A stretch of DNA of 35,295 nucleotides from a virus (taxonomy: Duplodnaviria > Caudoviricetes), in IMG/VR virus record IMGVR_UViG_3300025534_000022, positions 1-35,295 of that record; one strand, given 5' to 3'. Of the stretch, positions 1 to 8,642 are shown piece after piece. Within the stretch, counting starts at the first letter, position 1. Each line of letters starts with the position of its first letter. The position numbers and the translations under genes are program-made. The notes under the pieces were generated by a model. That model made no database searches, was not told where the DNA came from, and saw only the letters and a program-made list of their open reading frames with translations.

Positions 1-574
1 TAATGGTGTTCGCGGTGGCGGCGCTCGTTGCACCGTGGACGCCTGTTGTGGCTGCGGCGTGGGAGTTGATAGTGTTTTGGGCGGTAGAGGCGGCGGTGGT
101 GGCAGAATTTGCGGTATTTTGCGCATTAACAGCAGCGGTCATTGCCGCATCCGTCTCCTGCTTCCGCGCCACGTCATCGCTGGCTGCGGGAGCGGCGGCT
201 TTGAACCGGCCGGCGGGGTCGCGCTGGACGAGCGTGTTTGGTGTGGCGGTGCTCGTTGCGCCGTGAACTCCGGTAGTCATATTTGCATGGGCGTCCACTT
301 TCGCCTGCGCTCCTACTGGCGTTTCCGCCCCAATCATCGCCGGAGTCAGCGCGTCCGGACCACCGGTTGCATGCCGGGAAGCGTGGGAGTTGGCGGTGTT
401 TTGCGCCGCCATCGCGGCGGAAGCGGCGACATTTGCGACATTTTGCGCATCCGCGGCAGCAGTTGCGGCGTTGTTGGCGGTTTGTTGGGCTTCCTCGATT
501 CCATCCTCCATCCGGTTTAGTTCGCCTTCTGTGATGATGTCATTGAACTGCCAGTCTTTTTTCTGAAAATCCAC
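1..574 (-). CDS. Tail fibre protein, N-terminal part (runs off the window; absent from the ORF track)
   Basis: GTG at 574 after GGAGG; open frame MDFQKKDWQFNDIITEGELNRMEDGIEEAQQ... to base 1; Ala/Thr-rich with repeated AQNTxNSH and TTGVHGATS units; follows the baseplate genes. Confidence 0.8.
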   Translation of the reverse strand, partial: MDFQKKDWQFNDIITEGELNRMEDGIEEAQQTANNAATAAADAQNVANVAASAAMAAQNTANSHASRHATGGPDALTPAMIGAETPVGAQAKVDAHANMTTGVHGATSTATPNTLVQRDPAGRFKAAAPAASDDVARKQETDAAMTAAVNAQNTANSATTAASTAQNTINSHAAATTGVHGATSAATANTI

Positions 575-575
575 C

Positions 576-869
576 TTATGCGCCTCCCTGTATGAACTGG
601 ATATTGTGGCTGAACACCGTGGAAACCGCCGTATCAATCTCGATCCCCGTAATCGATGTGATCATGTTGTCCGCTGCGTCCAGAAAATCAATCCGGGTTA
701 CAACCATGTCTGGCGGCAAATGAAACTCGACCGTAATACTGTCCGAGTAGGTTGTAAAGTTCAATTGAGTAATTTCAACGGATTCATTCACCAACGCTTT
801 GGCAAAAAGTTGTTTGGTTCGAGCGACAAGCTGCTCTTTGTAAAAATCCGTTACCGCCATCGTTGGCAC
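576..869 (-). CDS. Small baseplate/tail-fibre attachment protein (hypothetical, 97 aa)
   Basis: Abuts both neighbours; lies between the XkdU-like gene and the fibre gene. Confidence 0.7.
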   Translation of the reverse strand: MPTMAVTDFYKEQLVARTKQLFAKALVNESVEITQLNFTTYSDSITVEFHLPPDMVVTRIDFLDAADNMITSITGIEIDTAVSTVFSHNIQFIQGGA

Positions 870-1472
870 CTACCTTCGATAAATTTCACGATCGATCAAG
901 ACCGTTCCCACCTTTGTCCGTCCCGCTATGGCAAGCCCGGCTCGGGCATACGATATTTTGATTTCCCGGCTCGTTTCCCGAATCCGCACACGCTCCACCG
1001 AAAACGGAGACTGGATGTATTCCATGTTGGCGGGTTTGAGCGCATTGACCAATTCCAGAATGTCACGAAATTTGTACCCGTCCACGGCAGGGATGGAAAT
1101 CGTAAAAGCATATTCCCCCGGAACAAGATGGATTTCCGCCTGTGTCGTGCCAATATAGGCGTTGAGCCGTTCGCGCAGCGTGCGCAACGTGATCGGCGGC
1201 TTCCGGCTCTTTCGCTCAATCAGACGTTCCCGTCGGAACGGGATCGTTTCATCGCCGCCGGCCGTGATGCGGAATTCCTCTTCCCGCCATTTCAGCGTTT
1301 TTTCGGCGGTTTGGATGAATTGCTCTCCCATCACGAAGTTGATTTCCTTTTTCAGCTGCTTCAATTCTTCGTTGACCGTTTTCGCTATTTCCCGGAACTC
1401 CCGGATCTCCCCATAAAAAGGAGGCAAATAGGACAAAACATCGGCGCTTTCTTCCGTAAAATCAATTGGCAA
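870..1472 (-). CDS. XkdU-like baseplate wedge protein (DUF2313/YmfQ family)
   Basis: YLPPFY...EFREI, QFIQTA...WREEEFRI and KPANM motifs; directly after baseplate J. Confidence 0.85.
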   Translation of the reverse strand: MPIDFTEESADVLSYLPPFYGEIREFREIAKTVNEELKQLKKEINFVMGEQFIQTAEKTLKWREEEFRITAGGDETIPFRRERLIERKSRKPPITLRTLRERLNAYIGTTQAEIHLVPGEYAFTISIPAVDGYKFRDILELVNALKPANMEYIQSPFSVERVRIRETSREIKISYARAGLAIAGRTKVGTVLIDREIYRR

Positions 1473-2511
1473 TGATGCTCACCGTCCCCCGCACGGCGAT
1501 CTCTTCCTCCGCCAGCGTCAGATTTCCGTCCGTCCCGTTCAAGGTCAGGCTCAAAATGTCCTGCACCGGCGCCAATCCGATGAGACGGCTCATGAGTACC
1601 GCATGCCGGACCGTCGTGTCGACAAAATTGATTTCCGAAAAGTAGGCATCAATCTGTTCCTCCGCCTCCTGCCGGATATCCTCCGCGCCGTACCCTTCCC
1701 TAAACACGACCTCCATCTCGACGTTTACCACCTTAGGCGTGGCCGAAGCGGCGGTGAACACGTGCCCGATCGGCGCCAGTCCGGCGCCGCCCACTCCGTC
1801 TTGATGCGGGTCGATCGTATTTTGCACCAGCGCGACCAGTTCCGGACTCGGCACGTTGTTGCCGGCGTCCGTGACCACCGCCTTGACCGTCCCCCGACCG
1901 GCCCAAAGCGGAAACAGTTTGAACCGCCCCACGCCGGGGATGGCGCCGATCCACTGCTTGTATTGGCCGATATTGCCGCCATAACTGACCGTATTGATCG
2001 ATTCCACATATCGGGCGTACAGCTCGCCGTCCGTCTCCGCGTCTTCTCCGGGAATGAGGACGTCCGCAAGCGTGGCGCTCGTCAATCCGTCGACAAAATC
2101 GATCGGAAGGAGGCTGCCGAAATACAAATTCCCGGCGGTGCCCGCGGTTTCCGCTTCGAGTTTGAACTCTCCCGCCGCTATTTGTTCGACGACCTTATAG
2201 ACAACCTCCCCACCCCGGAAACGGCTGCCGATCGGAACGTCGATGTTGAAAACCCCTTTCCGGACCGCTTTGGTTGCCGGACGGCGCTTCACCCCGCTTT
2301 CCTCCGTGCGGTAATCCAGAAATTCGCCGCTCGACGTCCGGGCAAAGGTAAGGCTCATCAACACGTCGAGATCCGCGTACATTTGAGCAATTTCGGCCGC
2401 CACTGGCGCCAGCGCGTCGTAGATGACACTACCCTCGCGCTTGTCCACGTCGTTCGGTACGCGATCCAGCATGCGCTTTAAAATCGCGTCAAAAGTTTGG
2501 TTCTCATACAC
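1462..2511 (-). CDS. Baseplate J/gp47 family protein (XkdT-like)
   Basis: DKREGSVIYDALAP, GEDAETD, GGNIGQY, GRGTVK and APIGH motifs. Confidence 0.93.
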   Translation of the reverse strand: MYENQTFDAILKRMLDRVPNDVDKREGSVIYDALAPVAAEIAQMYADLDVLMSLTFARTSSGEFLDYRTEESGVKRRPATKAVRKGVFNIDVPIGSRFRGGEVVYKVVEQIAAGEFKLEAETAGTAGNLYFGSLLPIDFVDGLTSATLADVLIPGEDAETDGELYARYVESINTVSYGGNIGQYKQWIGAIPGVGRFKLFPLWAGRGTVKAVVTDAGNNVPSPELVALVQNTIDPHQDGVGGAGLAPIGHVFTAASATPKVVNVEMEVVFREGYGAEDIRQEAEEQIDAYFSEINFVDTTVRHAVLMSRLIGLAPVQDILSLTLNGTDGNLTLAEEEIAVRGTVSIIAN

Positions 2512-2905
2512 TCGTGGTCACCTCCTGGGTGAAGGATCCGAATGAAGACACGACTGTAAACCGCACGGTCGCGGCGTCCCCAGTCACATCAATCTGAAAG
2601 TCCGTTACATCCTCAATTCTGTCGTCTTGTATCAGCGCCTCGGTGATGCGCCGCCGCAATTCCGAACGAATGAAAGCAGGATTGGCACCGACAAGCCCGT
2701 TCCACTCCATTCCGTAGTCTGGGCTGTATATGAGATACCGAAACCGATCCGTCTGTAAGATTTTAAACACCGCCTGTTTTACAGCTTCCAGCCCGTCAGT
2801 CATTCCAAAGATGCGGCGTTTTTCAAAATCCAACTTGTACGTTTTACTTGGTTGTTGAACTTCTTCCACCTGTGTGTTTTGAAGCGTTCCTCCTGTCGGT
2901 ATCAT
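2504..2905 (-). CDS. XkdS-like baseplate protein (DUF2634)
   Basis: DGLEAVKQAVFKILQTDRFRYLIYSPDYG and ITEALIQDDRI motifs; synteny. Confidence 0.9.
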   Translation of the reverse strand: MIPTGGTLQNTQVEEVQQPSKTYKLDFEKRRIFGMTDGLEAVKQAVFKILQTDRFRYLIYSPDYGMEWNGLVGANPAFIRSELRRRITEALIQDDRIEDVTDFQIDVTGDAATVRFTVVSSFGSFTQEVTTSV

Positions 2906-3237
2906 CCGCCCACCACCTTATCCAAGATCAAGTATTTCTGGCCGCCCTGGACCCGGAGCAGCACCACCCGGTCGCCGGCTTGCAACCCTGGACGGATGAC
3001 GATCGGCTGCGTTAGTGCCTCTCCTGTTGTTCCGTCGGGCGATGTGTGACTGTGACGCAGGTCGATCTCGAGCCGTTTAAGCGACTCTGGCACAATCAAA
3101 AAATCCGCATCAATGGTGAAACGCTGGTCAACGTTCACCTCGAGCGGATCGGCTTTCTTGACGGTCCCAAACATCACTGCCACCGGGGCGGCGGCTTCCA
3201 CAGCCGTCAGGGCGGCCTGTCGGATTGCGTTCAGCAT
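2902..3237 (-). CDS. XkdR-like spike protein (DUF2577)
   Basis: FGTV...PL and LQAGDRVVLLRVQGGQKYLILDK motifs. Confidence 0.88.
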   Translation of the reverse strand: MLNAIRQAALTAVEAAAPVAVMFGTVKKADPLEVNVDQRFTIDADFLIVPESLKRLEIDLRHSHTSPDGTTGEALTQPIVIRPGLQAGDRVVLLRVQGGQKYLILDKVVGG

Positions 3238-3238
3238 G

Positions 3239-4207
3239 TCAGATCACCTTCAGTGTGATGGACATTGTGTGATCGGCGCCATCGAACCGGTGTGTCACCT
3301 CGTCCACCATCATCGGCTGGTTGATGTTAAGCGCCTCGATGACGACCGGCAGGTACATGCCAGCGCGCACCCGGATGTCGCCGATGGCCTCCAGCTTCAG
3401 CGTGCGCTGCTCCCTGTTCTTGAGCGCAGCCAGTCGGTTCAAAAGCTCATTGATCTGAGCAGCGTTCATCTCCTCATCCACGGCCTCGTACAGCTGGAGC
3501 ACGCCCCAGCGGGCGATGTTGGCGCTGTCTTGGACCATGTACACTTCCCGCCGGCCCGTTTCCTGGTTGTCTCGGTATAACTTGATCCGGTTGTACGTTT
3601 CCTGGTCGATGTCGCGGCCGTATTCAAACTCGGTCATCAGACTGCCATCGCCGACGTAAAACCCGGCCTCGAACGATCGCACGTCCCGTAGCGACAGCGC
3701 GCCAAAGTCGTCGAAGAACACAAAAAACCGATTCGTGTTCGCCATGGTGAGCGTGTTCGCCTTTTCAATGATGTCGAGCAGCGTTTGCCCGTCTTCGACC
3801 ATGGACGGGATTCGATAACCGGTATCGTCGATTCGGCCCACCTTGAGATTGAAGTCCGCTGCGATCTGGTTAATGATGTCGCCGGTGGTGACGTTCTTCA
3901 ACACGTAGGTATCTTTATTCAGCAGATATCGCACCTGGTCGTATGCCTTGACGCTGATCTCTCCATCCTGGTTGCTCTTGATACTGAAGACATAGCCATA
4001 AAATACGTTCACGTCATCCATCCGCACCCGGATGATATCGCCGTTCTGGACGGTGAATGAGCGATCTTGGTAAATGCCGCTGTTTACCAGCGTAAAATCC
4101 ACACTGGCCGGCCTGCCGATGCGGGTTGTCGTCCAGGTTAAATCCTTCGCGATTTCCGATACATCCCACACATCCCCGTTTTTGTTGTCAACCAGGATTT
4201 CAAGCAT
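3239..4207 (-). CDS. XkdQ/YqbQ-like baseplate hub protein
   Basis: AYDQVRYLLNKDTY, YNRIKL and WGVLQ motifs; ATG at 4207 overlaps the upstream stop region. Confidence 0.9.
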   Translation of the reverse strand: MLEILVDNKNGDVWDVSEIAKDLTWTTTRIGRPASVDFTLVNSGIYQDRSFTVQNGDIIRVRMDDVNVFYGYVFSIKSNQDGEISVKAYDQVRYLLNKDTYVLKNVTTGDIINQIAADFNLKVGRIDDTGYRIPSMVEDGQTLLDIIEKANTLTMANTNRFFVFFDDFGALSLRDVRSFEAGFYVGDGSLMTEFEYGRDIDQETYNRIKLYRDNQETGRREVYMVQDSANIARWGVLQLYEAVDEEMNAAQINELLNRLAALKNREQRTLKLEAIGDIRVRAGMYLPVVIEALNINQPMMVDEVTHRFDGADHTMSITLKVI

Positions 4208-4895
4208 ATGCCGCACCGCTTTCTGCCGGCAGCGTGAGCACCAAACCCACCGGCAAGGATTTCAACTGCGCGTCGCTCAAACCGTTCAATTGCTGAATTT
4301 CGCGCCACCGGCTGCCGTCGCCGAGCACCTTCTGCGCTACTTTCCAGAGATTGTCCCCGGCCACCAGTGTGTAGGTCGTGGGCTGCACACGCTCATCCGG
4401 GCGCTTCGGACTCTCTATCTGGATGATCGGAGGCGTCCCATCCTGCTGCTGGACTACCTGCACACGCCGTGCTTCATAAAACCGGTATTCTTTCAGCTGC
4501 AGCGTAAATTGAATGTCACCCAAGGTCCCTGCGACTTCTTTCCATTCGAACCCCTCGATGCTGGCTGCCGTATTGATCTCCATCGTGGACGTGTTTGCCA
4601 CAAGTCGGATCGGCCGCTTGGAATCCCACCATTTATTGATGAATCGGACGTATTCCATAGGCTGCAGAACGATCGAGGCCGTGATGAACGGATATCGCTG
4701 CGCTGGGAACAGGCTTTCGATCGTATATTCGGCCAGATCGCGATCCTTGATGACGTTGATTTTGCCGAGTTTATAGACCTCATGCCCGGCTCCGTCACCC
4801 CGGACTCTCTCCCCGATCTCGCGAGGGAGGATGGGGAGCTCGAATCCTTCCTGTTGATTGTTCCAGGAGAGCCAGATACCATAACGATTTGCCAT
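4200..4895 (-). CDS. XkdP-like tail tube initiator with C-terminal LysM domain
   Basis: C-terminal TYTLVAGDNLWKVAQKVLGDGSRWREIQQLN LysM signature; DIQFTLQLKEYR; follows the tape measure gene. Confidence 0.92.
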   Translation of the reverse strand: MANRYGIWLSWNNQQEGFELPILPREIGERVRGDGAGHEVYKLGKINVIKDRDLAEYTIESLFPAQRYPFITASIVLQPMEYVRFINKWWDSKRPIRLVANTSTMEINTAASIEGFEWKEVAGTLGDIQFTLQLKEYRFYEARRVQVVQQQDGTPPIIQIESPKRPDERVQPTTYTLVAGDNLWKVAQKVLGDGSRWREIQQLNGLSDAQLKSLPVGLVLTLPAESGAAYA

Positions 4896-6874
4896 CAGCC
4901 ATACACCCCTTTTGCCGAAGAGGCAATTTGCTCGGTCAGCGCCGTTTCAATCCGCGCGATGATGGTGTCGATGTCGCTCTCTTTGTTCACCGGACCGGTT
5001 GTTACCTGCACCGTTGGCGTCAGCGTCACAAAGTTCTGGATTGCATTTACCTCAGCCAGCTCCCGCATCATCTTCAGATCCTCGCTGCTGATGTCCACCG
5101 TGTCTTTGATTTTGCCGACTTCTCCGACTTTGGCGATATTGTCGATATTAAATTTGTCGAATATACCATCTCCAGTTAAATCCGGCACTCCAAACATACT
5201 TTTAAGAGAATTAAAGGTTTTTTGAATTTTGTCGGAAGCGAATTGCCCAATAGACTTACCGATTTCTTGCCCTGACCTGAAAGCATCGCCATAATCCATG
5301 ATTCCCATTCGCTCGATAACTTGATAACCTTCAGGCATTTCTCCAAGCCACTTTTGCATTTTATCTTGCAAGCTTGAAATGCTGTCTGCCATATTTGAGC
5401 CGAATACTTTATCAATTGCCGAAGCGATTTCCTTGATGATTTGCAATACGCTATCGGCAAAGTCAATGAACAGTTTTTTTGCTGAATACAGCGGATGCCG
5501 AAATACGTTTACCAAAAATTCTGCTAACCATGCGAAAATGTTGTAAATTGGCGCAATCGTATTGTAAACGCCAGCAAGTAATACTCCGAATAAACCGACG
5601 ACATAGCCAATTACCTCTGTTGTCGCATCACTCCAGCGATACAGGGCATAAATTAGAAAACCAATTGCGGCGCCGATCAGCAGGATCGGCCAATTGGCCG
5701 CCAACCAAGCAGCAGCCTGAGCCAAAATCGGACGGACGGTCGCCCAAAGCGCTCGTACCCACATCCAAGTTTGCCGAATTAGAATCGGCAACAGCGCCGA
5801 GCCGATCGTTACCAGAATCGGTTCGATGATCGACCAATTGGATTGGATGGCGTTAGCGATCCAAATCAGTGTCCCGAGCAAGATGTCCGCTGCTTGCGCC
5901 GCAACATACAGCGCCTGCGTCAGTTTCTGTATGACGGCTGCACCCTGTGCCGAATTCAGCCATTGGTTCCACCGTTGAAAGACCGGTTGGAATGCCCGGA
6001 AGGCTTCGTTTTTCAACTGTTGAAGCAAATCGCCAAACGTCTTCGGCATGGTTTCGAACTTTTTGTTGATGTCATCGGCTGCCATAAACAAAGCCGCTTT
6101 GATAATGTCCGCCGTAATCTCTCCTTTGGCTGACATTTCCTTCAGCTCACCTTTAGATTTCCCGGTGAATTTGGCGATTGCATCGGCCAGCATGGGCGCG
6201 TTTTCCATGATGGATCGGAATTCATCACCCTGTAACTTACCTGCAGCCATGGCTTGCGTAAGTTGGTACATTCCGGCCGTTTGTTCCTCGATGGATGCAC
6301 CGCTGATTTTGAATGCCTTCTGCATCGTTTCTGCGAAAGCAACGATTTCATTGTTATTTTGAAAAGCGTCGCCGGCGAGAAGACCAAGTTTACTTACACT
6401 GTTGGCCATGGCCACGAAATCGCCGCGGGCTCTCTGCGCTGCGGCGAAGATTTGGTCTTGCAGCTGTTCGACCGACTGACCTTCATCAACGATCAAATTC
6501 AGGCGCGCCTGGGTGGAAACGAAAGTGTCTGCAGCCTGTACCGCGCTTTGTGCCACTTGCGCTGATAGATACGTGGCGGCCACTTTTTTGGTAAATACTA
6601 GCAATTGATTGGTTTCTGACTTGGCCGTTTGTACCGATTGGTTAAACTTTTTCTGCGCAGCGGTTGCTTGGTCAATTGCCTGGCGGATACTTGCTTCAGC
6701 CGCAGCCAATTGTTGTTTGGCAGCAACCAGAGTTCGGTCGATTTTGACATTTTGATCGACCGTGCTCTGCATCCGTTGCATGGTTGCAATGACCAGGTTT
6801 AAGCTGTTGGTGATCGCCTTCAGCGGACCGCTCATGGCGTCAAACATCTGAAGCGTGCTGGATACTGTTGGCAT
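4895..6874 (-). CDS. Tape measure protein (~659 aa)
   Basis: QLTQAMAAGKLQGDEFRSIMENAP tape-measure motif, Ala-rich helices, hydrophobic middle; ATG at 6874 with upstream GGCGGTGA RBS-like sequence. Confidence 0.93.
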   Translation of the reverse strand: MPTVSSTLQMFDAMSGPLKAITNSLNLVIATMQRMQSTVDQNVKIDRTLVAAKQQLAAAEASIRQAIDQATAAQKKFNQSVQTAKSETNQLLVFTKKVAATYLSAQVAQSAVQAADTFVSTQARLNLIVDEGQSVEQLQDQIFAAAQRARGDFVAMANSVSKLGLLAGDAFQNNNEIVAFAETMQKAFKISGASIEEQTAGMYQLTQAMAAGKLQGDEFRSIMENAPMLADAIAKFTGKSKGELKEMSAKGEITADIIKAALFMAADDINKKFETMPKTFGDLLQQLKNEAFRAFQPVFQRWNQWLNSAQGAAVIQKLTQALYVAAQAADILLGTLIWIANAIQSNWSIIEPILVTIGSALLPILIRQTWMWVRALWATVRPILAQAAAWLAANWPILLIGAAIGFLIYALYRWSDATTEVIGYVVGLFGVLLAGVYNTIAPIYNIFAWLAEFLVNVFRHPLYSAKKLFIDFADSVLQIIKEIASAIDKVFGSNMADSISSLQDKMQKWLGEMPEGYQVIERMGIMDYGDAFRSGQEIGKSIGQFASDKIQKTFNSLKSMFGVPDLTGDGIFDKFNIDNIAKVGEVGKIKDTVDISSEDLKMMRELAEVNAIQNFVTLTPTVQVTTGPVNKESDIDTIIARIETALTEQIASSAKGVYG

Positions 6875-6900
6875 CCTTTCACCGCCTTTTAAGAACATAT

Positions 6901-6923
6901 AAAAAGCGCCCCGTGCGGGACGC
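6901..6923 (-). terminator. Intrinsic terminator ending the moron gene
   Basis: GCGUCCC-GCAC-GGGGCGC followed by UUUUU, 8 nt after the stop codon. Confidence 0.8.
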
Positions 6924-6930
6924 ATTGACT

Positions 6931-7467
6931 TCAAAGGGATATTGTTTGCCCAGTGCTTACTGGTAGTTTTGATTTTACAAATTTCGCCAATTTATTTGCC
7001 TTTAAAATATTTTTCACATCAAAGATTAGAACTTTTGGTTCTGCTTCCCCAGATGAAAGATAGTTTATGATTAAAAAATCCCCTTTTATTTTCTTTTGGC
7101 CTATGCCGGACATTCCGCCTATTATGGCGCCAATCGGGCCGAGCAGGAGACCTCCCATAACACCGCGCGCGATTACGGATTTATCTTTTTTTAACAAATC
7201 GCTTTTTCTTACCCCTTCGGCTGCCGTCACTTGTGAATAATTTAACTCAAAGAAGTTTTTGTTCGTCTCAATAATGATTTTTTCATCGGTAAAAAACAGA
7301 TTTGCCAAGCTGTGTTGTGGAGCTCCCGGTATTCCATGCATATGCACCGCAACACTATATTCTTTTGCTCCAAGTTTTTTGGCTTTGGATGCCGTTTTTC
7401 GACTAAGTATGAAACCAATTATCCCAAGTGCAAATATTACGATCAATACAATCAGAATTGGATCCAA
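6931..7467 (-). CDS. Low-GC moron membrane protein (N-terminal TM helix, glycine-zipper segment)
   Basis: TTG at 7467 with GGAGG RBS; ILIVLIVIFALGIIGFIL TM segment; GVMGGLLLGPIGAIIGGMSG; AT-rich relative to flanks. Confidence 0.85.
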   Translation of the reverse strand: MDPILIVLIVIFALGIIGFILSRKTASKAKKLGAKEYSVAVHMHGIPGAPQHSLANLFFTDEKIIIETNKNFFELNYSQVTAAEGVRKSDLLKKDKSVIARGVMGGLLLGPIGAIIGGMSGIGQKKIKGDFLIINYLSSGEAEPKVLIFDVKNILKANKLAKFVKSKLPVSTGQTISL

Positions 7468-7504
7468 TGATAGCCCTCCCTGCTCGGACAAATTTTCGTT
7501 TCCA

Positions 7505-7513
7505 ATTTTATCA
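7505..7513 (-). promoter_or_regulatory. Extended -10 promoter for the moron
   Basis: TGaTAAAAT about 40 nt upstream of the start codon; no clear -35. Confidence 0.55.
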
Positions 7514-7548
7514 TATTTTACGCAGGGAGAGCTATCTCCGTTTCTTTT

Positions 7549-7719
7549 TCATCGCCGCTTTTTTCTCCGCTCCGCTTCGATTCGCTCGTCAATCATCGCG
7601 ATGAGTGCCGCTTTTTGATACACGTTCAGTTCCGCAAATTCCCACGGCATGATGCGGAGCTTGTGGAGGGCGTAGTAAGCGTAATTCCACTCACTATCGT
7701 CCTCCCGGATCAGTTTTTT
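7549..7719 (-). CDS. -1 frameshift extension of the tail assembly chaperone (gpGT-like)
   Basis: A-AAA-AAC slippery heptamer at 7719-7713 immediately before TGA; the -1 frame reads LIREDDSEWNYAYYALHKLRIMPWEF...RRKKRR to a stop at 7549-7551. Confidence 0.75.
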   Translation of the reverse strand, partial: KKLIREDDSEWNYAYYALHKLRIMPWEFAELNVYQKAALIAMIDERIEAERRKKRR

Positions 7720-8126
7720 ATCTCATCGACCAGTTCGTTGATATCGCGGTCGAATCCGTTGACTTCCTGTACTTTCTGCACGAGTCGCGCGTACTCGCCG
7801 GGCAACAGCATCTTTTTCAGCAGCTCTTCCGCTCCCAGCACGCCGTATGACTGCTGCAGCTCGACGTCCTTCAGGTCCGGAAAAACGACACTGGCGACCG
7901 TGACTTTCGCCAGGTATTCGTCAGGCTGAATTTCGGGCGCATCGCCCTTTTTCCTTTGTGGTTGCATGGACGCTCGACGAAGCTGTTCATTCTCCGCTTC
8001 GGTCAGCGCGCGGACTTTCCACGGAATTGGTTTGCCGGCCTCATCGACGAACCGCTCGGAAACGACGACTTCTTCAACGGCTGCCGGCCGGACGTTCTGC
8101 GCGAAAAACGCTTTGAGACTGCTCAC
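7710..8126 (-). CDS. Tail assembly chaperone (XkdN-like)
   Basis: VVFPDLKDVELQQSYGV and LLPGEY motifs; ends EIKN; lies between tube and tape measure genes. Confidence 0.92.
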   Translation of the reverse strand: MSSLKAFFAQNVRPAAVEEVVVSERFVDEAGKPIPWKVRALTEAENEQLRRASMQPQRKKGDAPEIQPDEYLAKVTVASVVFPDLKDVELQQSYGVLGAEELLKKMLLPGEYARLVQKVQEVNGFDRDINELVDEIKN

Positions 8127-8159
8127 CGTTTACCCCTCCCGAAAAACAGGGCGCCCGAA

Positions 8160-8627
8160 TCAGGCGCCCGTGATGGTGTTGAAAGATTCGAGGATGTCGT
8201 AATCGCTGAATGTGAACGGCATTTCTTCCTCCAGCCTGTCGTCGCTGGTAGCGTCAAATTGGGCAGCAGAGACGCTGTCCAGGTTGCAGCCTTTCAACAC
8301 AACCCGTTGACGGCCAGCGCTGGATTGCGGATCCTCATTGACGATCATCAGGTCGAACCAGAAGTCGCGGCCATTTTTGATGTAATCCAACATGAGTTGC
8401 CGGAACAACGTCGTAACGTAATAGATAGTCAGCGTGCCAGTACCACTCCAACCGGATGACACCTGCGGAGTGTTGGTCCGGCCCAGTACAGGTACGTCTA
8501 CCTTATTTTTTTCAATCGTCGCTTCGATGGACTTTGCGTAGAAGAGCTCTTCCACGCGACCGTTGATTGTGATGAAAGCTTTGGCTTGCTTTCCGCTGAT
8601 AGCGTCTTGTTCGCGCATGAATGGCAT
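8160..8627 (-). CDS. Tail tube protein (XkdM-like, DUF2001)
   Basis: DAISGK, GWSGTGTLTIYYVT, EDPQSSAGRQ and EEEMPFTFSD motifs. Confidence 0.93.
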   Translation of the reverse strand: MPFMREQDAISGKQAKAFITINGRVEELFYAKSIEATIEKNKVDVPVLGRTNTPQVSSGWSGTGTLTIYYVTTLFRQLMLDYIKNGRDFWFDLMIVNEDPQSSAGRQRVVLKGCNLDSVSAAQFDATSDDRLEEEMPFTFSDYDILESFNTITGA

Positions 8628-8642
8628 GTCGCTTCACCTCTC

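Noticed and set aside
1-574. Possible diversity-generating retroelement or invertible fibre system
   Set aside because: No reverse transcriptase, invertase or adenine-specific TR/VR pair in the window; the fibre tip lies outside it
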